The position numbers were made by a program, and so were the translations under genes. Below, one piece after another: positions 32,207-41,271 of a stretch of 64,000 nt of DNA; position 1 is the first letter of the stretch, and each line of letters starts with the position of its first letter. Source of the stretch: an uncultured Verrucomicrobiae bacterium (GTDB taxonomy: Bacteria > Verrucomicrobiota > Verrucomicrobiia > Chthoniobacterales > Chthoniobacteraceae); contig CAWHEP010000009.1 of NCBI GenBank assembly GCA_963828525.1, positions 160,001 to 224,000 on the forward strand, in the 5' to 3' direction. The notes under the pieces were generated by a model, which was not told the origin of the DNA, made no database searches, and was given only the letters and a program-made list of their open reading frames with translations.

Positions 32207-32620
32207 TCAGTAACTTGGCGAAACCGTCGAGATGGTTTCCAGCAAGAGGTCCAGCGCAAATGGTTTTTGCAGCACGAGGCCATGCACGCGTTTAAGAAAC
32301 CGCGCAACGGAAGGACTCGCGCAATGTCCGCTGATGAAAACAAACTGCTCACAGAATTCCGGTCTTTGTTCGCGAACGGCATCGAACAGCGCTTCCCCTG
32401 AACAGTTTGGCATGATGAGGTCACAAACGATCGCGTCGAAATCTTCCTCAAGAATAAATTCGAGCGCCTCGTCGCCGTCATTTACCGAGACAACATCGTA
32501 ACCTTCTCTCACCAAATATTCGTGGATCGCTTCCGCGAGCTCGCGGTCATCCTCCACCACAAGCACATTTCCGTTTGACTGGCCGCGTGGCTTGCGCGTT
32601 CTGGGTTGCTTTGACCTCAT
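32207..32620 (-). CDS. Single-domain response regulator (receiver)
   Basis: VLVVEDD, CDLIMP, FISG and QKPF motifs. Confidence 0.9.
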   Translation of the reverse strand: MRSKQPRTRKPRGQSNGNVLVVEDDRELAEAIHEYLVREGYDVVSVNDGDEALEFILEEDFDAIVCDLIMPNCSGEALFDAVREQRPEFCEQFVFISGHCASPSVARFLKRVHGLVLQKPFALDLLLETISTVSPSY

Positions 32621-32634
32621 TGATTGCGGTGGGG

Positions 32635-32650
32635 AGCAGCTAGCGTGCCC
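32635..32650 (-). promoter_or_regulatory. Sigma54-like element before the receiver gene
   Basis: GGGCAC-GCTAG-CTGCT; predicted +1 falls about 4 nt before the ATG. Confidence 0.5.
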
Positions 32651-32698
32651 CGGCCATCGCGCAGAAGGCCCGCGCGGACAAAGAGACGCTTCTCAAAT

Positions 32699-33958
32699 TC
32701 AGGGGAAAAGCCCGCGGCTGTTTTTCGCGGCGATTACTCGCTCCACGCCCATCGCCATGGCGGACATGCGATGCGGAATCCTTGCTTCCCGCGAGCGCTT
32801 GATCATGGACGCAAACGCCTGCTCCAATATGCGGAACAGTTTGTCCGTGATTTCCGTCTCATTCCAAAAGAATTGCTGGAGACCCTGAACCCACTCGAAA
32901 TACGAGACAATAACGCCTCCCGCGTTGCAGAGTATGTCCGGGATGACGAATATCTCGTTCCAGCGTTCAAAGAGTATGAGGTCGGCATCGGGAGTCGTCG
33001 GTCCGTTCGCAGCTTCGGCCAAGACGCGGCACTTCAAGCTGCCCGCGTTTTTTGCCGTGATGACGGCTTCCACGGCGGCGGGAATGAGAACGTCGCACTT
33101 AAGAGTGAGGAGATCGGCAGCAGGAATCTTCTCCGCGCCTGTGAAGCCCTCCAGGCTGCCGTTGGCGGACGCGTGTCTTTCGGCAGCGGCAACATCGATG
33201 CCACCGGTGTTGAGAAAGGCTCCCGCGACATCACTGATGGCAATGATCTTCATGCCGCCACGGGCCAGGGAAAGAGCCGCCACAGCGCCCACATTTCCAA
33301 ACCCTTGAACGACGGCGGCGCATTGATCTGTCCGAAGCTTGAGGAGGTTTAGAGCGCGCTCGACGAGATAGGCAACACCTCGCCCCGTCGCCTCGCGCCG
33401 CCCGGCGGTTCCCCCTATGGATACGGGCTTGCCAGTCACGATCTCCGGAACGGCATACCCGGTATGGACAGAGTAGGTGTCCATAAACCACGCCATGACC
33501 TGCTCATTCGTACCCATATCCGGGCCGATGATGTCGGTGTGCGGACCGACAAACGGGATCATCTCCTGCATGTATCGCCTCGCGAGTGATTCGAGTTCTT
33601 TCAGGGAAAGTTGGCGGGGGTCAACCGCGACCCCGCCCTTGGCTCCCCCATACGGCAAACCGGTGAGCGCGCACTTCCAGCTCATCCACATGGAAAGCGC
33701 GGCGACCTCTCCCAGAGAAACGGCAGGATGAAAACGGACGCCACCTTTGGTAGGGCCAAACGCGAGGTGGTGCTGAACGCGATACCCTTTGAAGACGTCG
33801 ATGCGCCCATCGTCCATGCGCACAGGAAGGGACACAGCGACGGCTCGCTTTGGGTGGAGCATGCGCTGCCGCATGTTGGCATCCACGTTGAGATAGTCGG
33901 CTGTGACGCGGAACTGTTCACAGGCCATGTCGTAGGTGGGGTCGGAAAAAATATCCAT
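32699..33958 (-). CDS. gdhA: Glu/Leu/Phe/Val dehydrogenase (glutamate dehydrogenase-type)
   Basis: GPTKGGVRFHP, LPYGGAKGG, PDMGT, TGKP, QGFGNVG and EAANGPTT motifs. Confidence 0.9.
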   Translation of the reverse strand: MDIFSDPTYDMACEQFRVTADYLNVDANMRQRMLHPKRAVAVSLPVRMDDGRIDVFKGYRVQHHLAFGPTKGGVRFHPAVSLGEVAALSMWMSWKCALTGLPYGGAKGGVAVDPRQLSLKELESLARRYMQEMIPFVGPHTDIIGPDMGTNEQVMAWFMDTYSVHTGYAVPEIVTGKPVSIGGTAGRREATGRGVAYLVERALNLLKLRTDQCAAVVQGFGNVGAVAALSLARGGMKIIAISDVAGAFLNTGGIDVAAAERHASANGSLEGFTGAEKIPAADLLTLKCDVLIPAAVEAVITAKNAGSLKCRVLAEAANGPTTPDADLILFERWNEIFVIPDILCNAGGVIVSYFEWVQGLQQFFWNETEITDKLFRILEQAFASMIKRSREARIPHRMSAMAMGVERVIAAKNSRGLFP

Positions 33959-34039
33959 GGGGTGACTTAAAGCGGCTTTGTCAAAGCCAGAGGCGTTTAC
34001 CGCGACAGGCAGGGAATAGCCCGCAGTGGCGCATCCCTC

Positions 34040-34067
34040 ATCCTAAGGAAAATGAAGGAGGAGGCAA
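34040..34067 (-). promoter_or_regulatory. Sigma70-type promoter of gdhA
   Basis: TTGCCT-N16-TAGGAT. Confidence 0.45.
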
Positions 34068-34101
34068 GCGGAAGCAGATCAGGAGAGCAGATGGATAGCC
34101 G

Positions 34102-34569
34102 CTAAACTTCTTCGATGCTCTTCATCGTCTGCGAGAGGGGAAGATAGAACTCTTTATGGCGAAGCACCGCTCGGCGCAGGACGGGCTTAAGATTGGCAAC
34201 ATCCGATATACTGAAAGCCAGATCGACTCCGTGCAGGAAAGCCACCATTTCATCGCTGCTGACCATGCTCGAGCCGATGAGGACGAGGAATTGCAAGCGG
34301 CGCTGCGTGGAAGGTATCTGCGTCATCTCGGCAAGCACCTGATTTGTCTCCAGGTCCGAGTCGTTGAAGCTCTCGTAAATGACCACCACGTCATAGACGT
34401 GTGTCCGCATCTTCAGTGAGATATCTTCGACGAAGAGGCCGGTGTGAATTTTGTAACTGAGTGCCGCCAGTTGCTCCACGACAGTTTTCTGGAGGTCAGG
34501 CTCGTCGATACAAACAAGCGCGGTCGCGTCGCCCGTCTCAAAAAGGTCGGACCTAGTCTGGACTTCCAT
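34102..34569 (-). CDS. Hypothetical protein with a degenerate receiver-like alpha/beta pattern, third gene of the pilT operon
   Basis: TALVCID, YDVVVIYE and FLVLIG spacing resembles a CheY-like fold; starts 1 nt after the pilU stop. Confidence 0.7.
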   Translation of the reverse strand: MEVQTRSDLFETGDATALVCIDEPDLQKTVVEQLAALSYKIHTGLFVEDISLKMRTHVYDVVVIYESFNDSDLETNQVLAEMTQIPSTQRRLQFLVLIGSSMVSSDEMVAFLHGVDLAFSISDVANLKPVLRRAVLRHKEFYLPLSQTMKSIEEV

Positions 34570-34570
34570 A

Positions 34571-35743
34571 TTAATGGCCTCCTCGCGCGAGAGCGGGAAT
34601 ATCGAGGCGCAGGCCGGAAAGCGTCTCCTGCGCGGTGCCGCGCATCTTCTTTACGTCGTCGATGGCGCGGGAAACCTTCCCCTTCCGTGTCGCGTAAAGG
34701 TGCGCGGTCTCCTCAGTCAATAGACCGGCCTCGTATGCTCGCGAAATGGATTGGTCGAAGGTTGTCCAGCCGAAGGTCGAACTGGCCTCAATAATCTCAT
34801 AGAAGCTCCTGCCATCTGTCTCCCCCAAGGCGACGGTTTCACGCGTGCGCAGATTTGGCCCCATGATCTCCGTCAAGAGGAGCCGCCCGCCGCCGCGCTT
34901 GGGAGCGAGGCGCTGGCTGACGACATACCGCAGCGTATCCGCCATCCGGAGTCGCAACTGCGCTTCCTCGGAGCGATCAAAAAGGCCGAGGATGCGGTTA
35001 ATTGATTGCCCAGCGTCTATCGTGTGCAGGGTGCTAAACACAAGGTGACCTGTCTCCGCGGCTGTCAGAGCGACCTCGACTGTGTGGCGATCTCGCATTT
35101 CACCGACCAAGATGACTTTTGGCGCTTGTCGCAACGCGGCCCGGAGGCCGCTGGGGTAATCGTCAAAATCCTGCCCCAACTCACGCTGGCTAAAGGTGGC
35201 CTTTTTGTGCGGATGAACAAACTCGATGGGATCTTCAAGCGTGACGATGTGAACCGGCTGGTTCTCATTAATCTCGTTCAGGATCGCCGCGAGGGTCGTC
35301 GTCTTCCCGCTCCCTGTCGAGCCGGTGAGAAGGACGAGGCCGTTCTTCTCGCGACTGATCTCCTGGAAGATGGCGGGGAGACCGAGGAGCCCGAGAGTGG
35401 GAATCTCGGATTGAAGCTTCCGCATGACGATGGAGAAACAGCCGCGCTGACGAAAGACATTCACGCGGAAGCGGGCCCGTTCATTGAGCGAGTAGCTGCA
35501 GTCGCATGAGCCGTTCACAACAAGATGACGAAGAAGGGCGCGGTTATTACCGATGACGCAGAGCGCGATCTGTTCGGTCTGGTAGGGTGTAAGCCTGTGA
35601 ATATCCGGATAAATATTCGCTGCTTTTAGTTCGCCGTAATGCTCCACCTGGAGGGGACGACCGACAGCAAAAATGAGATCGGAAATATCTGTGTACGACT
35701 CCAGCATCGCCCCGAGGATGGAGTTTAGATCGGTTCTTCGCAT
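34571..35743 (-). CDS. pilU: PilT/PilU-family type IV pilus ATPase (second paralog)
   Basis: GSTGSGKTT, EDPIEF, LRQAPKVILVGEMRD and GHLVFSTLHT motifs. Confidence 0.85.
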   Translation of the reverse strand: MRRTDLNSILGAMLESYTDISDLIFAVGRPLQVEHYGELKAANIYPDIHRLTPYQTEQIALCVIGNNRALLRHLVVNGSCDCSYSLNERARFRVNVFRQRGCFSIVMRKLQSEIPTLGLLGLPAIFQEISREKNGLVLLTGSTGSGKTTTLAAILNEINENQPVHIVTLEDPIEFVHPHKKATFSQRELGQDFDDYPSGLRAALRQAPKVILVGEMRDRHTVEVALTAAETGHLVFSTLHTIDAGQSINRILGLFDRSEEAQLRLRMADTLRYVVSQRLAPKRGGGRLLLTEIMGPNLRTRETVALGETDGRSFYEIIEASSTFGWTTFDQSISRAYEAGLLTEETAHLYATRKGKVSRAIDDVKKMRGTAQETLSGLRLDIPALARGGH

Positions 35744-35755
35744 GAGAGTTTGCGG

Positions 35756-36835
35756 CTATTCCTCGAAATCATCCGGTGGCGTCTTCAGCAGCGCCCTGAA
35801 TTTCTTTTTGTCCGCAGCCTTTTCGTAAGCCTCTTCGGGACTGATGCGCGCCGCGCGCAAGTGTTCCATGATCGCGTCGTCGAGCGGCTGGTTCCCCTTC
35901 TTCTTTCCCACCTGCATCATGCCGGGGATCTGGTGAGTTTTGGCTTCGCGAATAAGGTTGGCTATGGGGCTGTCGCAAACCAGGATTTCCAACGCGGCGC
36001 ATCGCCCGGGCTTGTCCACGCGTTTGAAAAGGTTCTGCGCGACCACTCCTTTCAGAGATTCTGAAAGCGAGGCGCGAATCTGGTTTTGCTGATTTGTGGG
36101 AAACACGTCAATAATACGGTCGATGGTTTTTGGCGCGCTGGAAGTGTGCAACGTGCCAAAGACAAGGTGACCGGTTGCGGCGGCAGTGAGAGCGAGATCA
36201 ATCGTCTCCAAGTCTCGCATTTCTCCCACGAGAATGATGTCGGGATCTTCGCGCAACGCGCCACGCAGGGCGGAGGCAAAAGACTTCGTATGCACACCGA
36301 CCTCCCTGTGATTGACGAGACATTGCTGACTCCTATGCACAAACTCGATGGGATCCTCCACCGTGATGATGTGATCTTTGCGGTGCAGGTTCGCGTGGTC
36401 CACCATTGCGGCAAGGGTTGTTGATTTCCCGGAGCCTGTTGGACCTGTGACGAGCACCATCCCTTTTTTGAGCATCGCGAACCGCTTAATGACCGGAGGA
36501 AGACCGAGTTGCTCCGCGGTAAGGACTTTGCTGGGAATCAGACGAAAAACCGCCGCTATACCAGCCTTTTGGTTCAGGAAGTTCGCGCGATAACGCGCGA
36601 AGCCGGGATACTCATAGCCGAAGTCCACATCGCCGGTCTCCTCAAAAAGCTTGATTTTAATTTCTGGGGCAATCTCATAGACTAGCGCCTTCAGGTCGTC
36701 GTTCTCCAGAGGAGGCGCGTCAATCCTGATGAGTTCACCATGGATTCGAAGCATCGGCGGGTTGCCTGTGGAAAGGTGCAGGTCGGAAGCGTCCTGCTCT
36801 TTCATGAACTTGAAAAATGAATCTATCCTTGCCAT
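35756..36835 (-). CDS. pilT: Type IV pilus retraction ATPase
   Basis: ASDLHL, GPTGSGKST, LREDPDIILVGEMRD, GTLHT and IANLIRE motifs. Confidence 0.93.
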   Translation of the reverse strand: MARIDSFFKFMKEQDASDLHLSTGNPPMLRIHGELIRIDAPPLENDDLKALVYEIAPEIKIKLFEETGDVDFGYEYPGFARYRANFLNQKAGIAAVFRLIPSKVLTAEQLGLPPVIKRFAMLKKGMVLVTGPTGSGKSTTLAAMVDHANLHRKDHIITVEDPIEFVHRSQQCLVNHREVGVHTKSFASALRGALREDPDIILVGEMRDLETIDLALTAAATGHLVFGTLHTSSAPKTIDRIIDVFPTNQQNQIRASLSESLKGVVAQNLFKRVDKPGRCAALEILVCDSPIANLIREAKTHQIPGMMQVGKKKGNQPLDDAIMEHLRAARISPEEAYEKAADKKKFRALLKTPPDDFEE

Positions 36836-36851
36836 ACAAATCCCGTCCAGT

Positions 36852-36867
36852 AGCTAGACCGATGCCA
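36852..36867 (-). promoter_or_regulatory. Sigma54-like element before pilT
   Basis: TGGCAT-CGGTC-TAGCT; predicted +1 falls about 6 nt before the ATG. Confidence 0.5.
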
Positions 36868-37034
36868 TCCGCGTCGGAAAGTAGTTTAAAAGCCATTGGA
36901 ATGGAGATCGAATCGGTGTATGACAAAAGAGACTTTGAAGCGTTTATCCGGTCAGCTTTGTCCGGGGACACGCCGGCTTCAGCAATATTTTCGTGTTTCG
37001 CGGGTCAAATGGGAAGGAGCGGGGTTTAGCAGCG

Positions 37035-37613
37035 GTGATAATCTCTGAACAACAGCGGGCGAGCCTGGGCGCGGATGGATTAGGAAATAGCCTGGCGAAC
37101 CAGCCGAGGCTGATCTTGCTTGGTGAGCTCCTGGCGTTCATAGCGTTAATCGCGTGGGGTGATTGGGTGACAGGCTATGAGATCAGCTTCGGGGTGTTCT
37201 ACACGATCCCCGTGATAACGGCCGTATGGCTGGGTAGTCGCCGATCTGGGATTTCGTTAGCCGTTCTGGTGATTTTAGTCCGGCATATCGTAGATGTCCT
37301 TTCAAAGCACCCGTTCTCCCACGAGTGGATTCACTATTGGAATGACGGCGTCAGGCTCTCGTATCTGCTGATGATCGTTTATGGGGCTACGGCAGCGAAG
37401 TTTCAGATCGACTCGGGCAAGAAACACATCAGGACGCTGGAAGGCATCCTGCCGGTATGCACCTCGTGCCAGCGCATCCGGGATGACTCTGGACATTGGA
37501 GCGATATCAGCGTTTACCTCAGTTCTCACACGGAGGCGGAGCCAACGGCAAAGCTGTGCCCGGATTGCGCAAAGAGACACTACATCGGCGTCTCCTCTGA
37601 CAAGGTCCGCTGA
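37035..37613 (+). CDS. Membrane protein with a C-terminal CxxC...CxxC module (start uncertain, 36993-37035)
   Basis: About four hydrophobic segments, then LEGILPVCTSCQRIRDDSGHW...LCPDC. Confidence 0.7.
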   Translation: MIISEQQRASLGADGLGNSLANQPRLILLGELLAFIALIAWGDWVTGYEISFGVFYTIPVITAVWLGSRRSGISLAVLVILVRHIVDVLSKHPFSHEWIHYWNDGVRLSYLLMIVYGATAAKFQIDSGKKHIRTLEGILPVCTSCQRIRDDSGHWSDISVYLSSHTEAEPTAKLCPDCAKRHYIGVSSDKVR

Positions 37614-37624
37614 CCGCATTCCGC

Positions 37625-37653
37625 TTGCGTCACCGCATGGGATTAGGTAGCTT
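37625..37653 (+). promoter_or_regulatory. Sigma70-type promoter predicting a leaderless mRNA
   Basis: TTGCGT-N17-TAGCTT, 7 nt before the ATG at 37661. Confidence 0.55.
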
Positions 37654-37660
37654 TGCCTAG

Positions 37661-37996
37661 ATGATCACCGTAACGGAGAATGCGGCAAAACACCTGCAGA
37701 GCCTTCTACTCGAGCAGGCAGAGGCGGCGAGCAAGGGATTGCGTATTTTCGTGGAGCACGGGGGATGCGCCGGGATGCAATACGGCATGACCCTGGATGA
37801 GGCAAAAGAGGGGGACGAGATCATCGAAAAGGGAGGCGCGCGGTTGCTGGTGGATTCTGCGAGCGCTAATTATCTGAGAGGCTCAACCATCGACTACCGC
37901 GACGAACTTGCCGGTTCCGGCTTTCGGATCGACAACCCTAATGCCGCGAGGAGTTGCGGCTGCGGTTCCTCGTTCGAGGCGTCCGAGGAGAGATGA
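37661..37996 (+). CDS. A-type Fe-S carrier (HesB/IscA/ErpA family)
   Basis: GGCAG and NPNAARSCGCGSSF motifs. Confidence 0.93.
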   Translation: MITVTENAAKHLQSLLLEQAEAASKGLRIFVEHGGCAGMQYGMTLDEAKEGDEIIEKGGARLLVDSASANYLRGSTIDYRDELAGSGFRIDNPNAARSCGCGSSFEASEER

Positions 37997-38071
37997 CCTT
38001 TGTCATCGGACGGTTGCGCGTGGCGCAACCGGCTCTGGATAGCCGATTCAGGGTTTAGCGCGGGCCTCATC

Positions 38072-39592
38072 ATGGATGACGATTTCTTTAGGGATGGAGA
38101 ACTACAGAGGGAGGAACATGACAACCTGTTCGGTTGGACTGTTTTCATCCTGCTACTGGTCGGGTTCGCCTTGGCGTGCTGGCTGGGAACTTTCTATGTG
38201 TTTGGCCATCCAGAGAACCCGCGCAGCTATAGCATTCTCAAGAAGCTAAAGAAGATCGAAGCGCCCAAACGCTTCGAGTTGACCGGAGCTCCTCCGGGCG
38301 AATTCCTAACGGCTCGCAAGGGGTACGACAGGTATATCAGCTTCACGAGACTGCAGCTCAAGAACGAGAATGATTTTCTTCTGCGAACGTACATCGACAA
38401 TTTCCAGGAGATGAAGCGGTTGGTGCCCTACATGGTCGGGCGTTACACAATCGTGCAATCCCGCGTTCTGACTTCCTCCGACATGTTTACTTCCGGTGTG
38501 GTCGCGCTCGCGCAAGCTGTGGATTTCCCGCAGGTGCTCGTGGAATCGATTTACACGGCCCCGCCCGCAAGCGTCCAGTCGCTGAAAAACATGCTATCAG
38601 CCGGGGTGACGATTGAGTTAAAGAGAACGCTCGATCTCTCCGCCATTGTTCATGTCGAGAGACTTCAGGATGGCAGGTTGCAGTTCAGCATTTTGCCCCT
38701 GCTTTATGGCACCTACGCGATGAAGCAGGGGTCGGGGAGCTTCAGCCTGGAACCACCGCCCGACCTCAACGTCGCAGCCGGTGTCCCGGTCATCAAGGCC
38801 TCCTCGCTACAGAATGCCATCCGGCTATACGCGAGCCGGAATACTTCATCGGAGAAGGCCCAGGGCGTCGCAACGTCCTCCCCCTCTCCCGGCAGCGCGG
38901 ATCTCGTCCGCGTGGAAGAAAACACGCCGGTCAATGTCAACATCGCGCAAGCGGTGCCCGTCATGATGCCTTCCCCACGCGCGGCAACGGCAACAATGCC
39001 TTCCCCTGCCATCGCAAAGCCAAGCCCGGTGCTTGCCGTGGTTTCGCCGACTCCTCCGTTGGTTGCGATGAACACCAGCCCCATTCCGCCCCCGGAGATC
39101 GAGACGCCCTCACCAGCAGTGGAAGCGGCAACACCCATCCCGCTCTTCCCAGAAAAGGTTCCTTTGCAGCCCTTCCTGGTAGCGAAGCCAGCGCAAACTC
39201 TTTCGAATCCAGAGGGGGGCCATTGGCGCACCTACTCGCCCGGACTGATGCCCCGCGGGAGGCTGGTGGAATCCTCGGAACTACCGAGACTGGCGGACGG
39301 CAGCCTCGGCAGCGAGCTGCTATACCTGCGCGGCCAGTTCACGGTCACGGCCGTTCAGGAAAACCGCGCTGTGCTCCGGTTGAAAAGCGGGCTGGGCAGC
39401 GCGCTCATCCATCTTGTGAAACCCGGCGCGTCCCCACGAATCATCGTGGAATATCCCGCGGCAGAAACGCCACCGCAGGAAGGAGCAAGCCTCACACGGG
39501 GGGACGCGCGCCCATTCTTGATTACCGACATCCGCCGAGGCGCTGACGGGGAAATAAACGTTTACGCGCGCGAGGTCACGGTTCAGCCATAG
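38072..39592 (+). CDS. Hypothetical membrane-anchored protein with a Pro-rich linker
   Basis: One N-terminal TM helix and two apparent globular regions separated by a Pro/Ala/Thr/Ser-rich segment. Confidence 0.7.
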   Translation: MDDDFFRDGELQREEHDNLFGWTVFILLLVGFALACWLGTFYVFGHPENPRSYSILKKLKKIEAPKRFELTGAPPGEFLTARKGYDRYISFTRLQLKNENDFLLRTYIDNFQEMKRLVPYMVGRYTIVQSRVLTSSDMFTSGVVALAQAVDFPQVLVESIYTAPPASVQSLKNMLSAGVTIELKRTLDLSAIVHVERLQDGRLQFSILPLLYGTYAMKQGSGSFSLEPPPDLNVAAGVPVIKASSLQNAIRLYASRNTSSEKAQGVATSSPSPGSADLVRVEENTPVNVNIAQAVPVMMPSPRAATATMPSPAIAKPSPVLAVVSPTPPLVAMNTSPIPPPEIETPSPAVEAATPIPLFPEKVPLQPFLVAKPAQTLSNPEGGHWRTYSPGLMPRGRLVESSELPRLADGSLGSELLYLRGQFTVTAVQENRAVLRLKSGLGSALIHLVKPGASPRIIVEYPAAETPPQEGASLTRGDARPFLITDIRRGADGEINVYAREVTVQP

Positions 39593-39678
39593 CAGCGCAG
39601 CGTTTCTTAGGCTTTGACACTGGGGATGGGGTGACACAAGGTCTCCGCTCCATTTAATTCAACCCTCTCCGCACTGTT

Positions 39679-41271
39679 ATGGCTGTTCCAAAAGTTCTCG
39701 TCGCTGATCCTATTTCCGAAAAAGGAATCGAGGAACTTGCCAAGGGGGGATTACTCGAGGTTACGGTCAGCACGGGTTTGAAGGAAGATCAGCTTCTACC
39801 CATCATAGGGGAATATTCCGCGCTTGTGGTGCGCAGCCAAACCAAGGCGACGGCGAAGCTGATCCAAGCCGCTGATCGCCTGAAGGTGATCGGGCGGGCT
39901 GGCGTTGGAGTCGATAACGTGGATGTCGAAGCCGCGACCCGGCGAGGCATCATCGTGATGAACACGCCGGGCGGGAATACAATCTCCACGGCGGAACACT
40001 CCTTCTCCCTGCTCGTGTCGATCGCGCGTAACATCCCTCAAGCCGACGCGAGCATGAAAGCGGGCCGATGGGATCGCAAAAAGTACGAGGGAGTGGAGAT
40101 TTACAACAAGACGCTGGCCGTGCTCGGGATGGGCAGGATCGGAACAGAAGTCGCCCGGCGGGCCATCGCGTTTGGAATGCGGGTAATGGCATATGATCCC
40201 TATTTGTCCGCCACACGAGCAAGGACGCTCCAGGTGGAACTAGTGGACGACCTGGATGATCTGGTGCCCCATGCTGACTTCATCACGCTTCACATGCCGC
40301 TCACGCCGGAAACGCATCACATGCTGAACGCGGAGCGCCTCGGAAAGGCAAAAAAGGGGGTCCGCATCATCAACTGCGCGCGGGGAGGCCTGGTGGATGA
40401 GGTGGCGCTGGCGGCCGCGATGAAGGAGGGGATCGTAGCGGCGGCGGCTCTGGACGTCTATGAGACGGAACCTCCGGGGCCCGATTTCGCTTTGCGAGAT
40501 TTGCCTGGCGTGGTGCTCACGCCGCACCTCGGCGCTTCAACAGCCGAAGCGCAAGAGAGCGTCGGCATTGAAATTGCGGAAGCGATCCGGGCGGCGCTGC
40601 TTGAGGGGACGATCCGCAACGCGGTAAACATGCCAAACCTGGACGCGAAGACGCTGGCGGTGATCGGGCCTTACCTGAACCTGGGAGAACGTCTGGGCCG
40701 GTTTCTCTCGCAGACGGCTCCGAAGCGCTGCGAGTGGCTGAATATCAATTTCAGCGGGAAGGTAAGCGAGGTTGATACAACGCCGGTGACACGCTCAGTC
40801 CTAAAGGGGTTCCTGGAGGCTGCGGGCGGCGGGGAGGTGAACCAGGTGAATGCTCCGGCTCTGGCGACTACGCTTGGCGTGAAAGTCACGGAATCTCGGA
40901 TCAGCGTACCGGGAGATTTCACAGAGCTCATCGAAGTATCCGCGGGTTGCGCGGGAGACTCCGTTTCCCTGGCAGGCACCTTCTTTGGCTCGACACCGCG
41001 AATCGTGCGTTTTAACGACCGGTATGTGGAGGCCCGCCCGAGCGGCGTGCTTCTTTTGCTGGAAAACCGGGACAGGCCCGGAATCGTCGGGACAGTCGGA
41101 ACGATGATGGGAGCGCACGGAGTCAATATCGCGGGGATGTCGCTAAGCCGGAACGAAGCGGGCGGGACGGCTCTGACGGTGCTGAACCTGGATACCGCGC
41201 CTGACGCGGCATTCCTGAAGGAGCTCCTGGCGCTGGATGATATCGAGTCGGCCCGCGTCATCCAACTGTGA
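39679..41271 (+). CDS. serA: D-3-phosphoglycerate dehydrogenase (with ACT domain)
   Basis: RAGVGVDNVD, GMGRIG, NCARGG, TPHLGAST and NRDRPGIVG motifs. Confidence 0.96.
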   Translation: MAVPKVLVADPISEKGIEELAKGGLLEVTVSTGLKEDQLLPIIGEYSALVVRSQTKATAKLIQAADRLKVIGRAGVGVDNVDVEAATRRGIIVMNTPGGNTISTAEHSFSLLVSIARNIPQADASMKAGRWDRKKYEGVEIYNKTLAVLGMGRIGTEVARRAIAFGMRVMAYDPYLSATRARTLQVELVDDLDDLVPHADFITLHMPLTPETHHMLNAERLGKAKKGVRIINCARGGLVDEVALAAAMKEGIVAAAALDVYETEPPGPDFALRDLPGVVLTPHLGASTAEAQESVGIEIAEAIRAALLEGTIRNAVNMPNLDAKTLAVIGPYLNLGERLGRFLSQTAPKRCEWLNINFSGKVSEVDTTPVTRSVLKGFLEAAGGGEVNQVNAPALATTLGVKVTESRISVPGDFTELIEVSAGCAGDSVSLAGTFFGSTPRIVRFNDRYVEARPSGVLLLLENRDRPGIVGTVGTMMGAHGVNIAGMSLSRNEAGGTALTVLNLDTAPDAAFLKELLALDDIESARVIQL

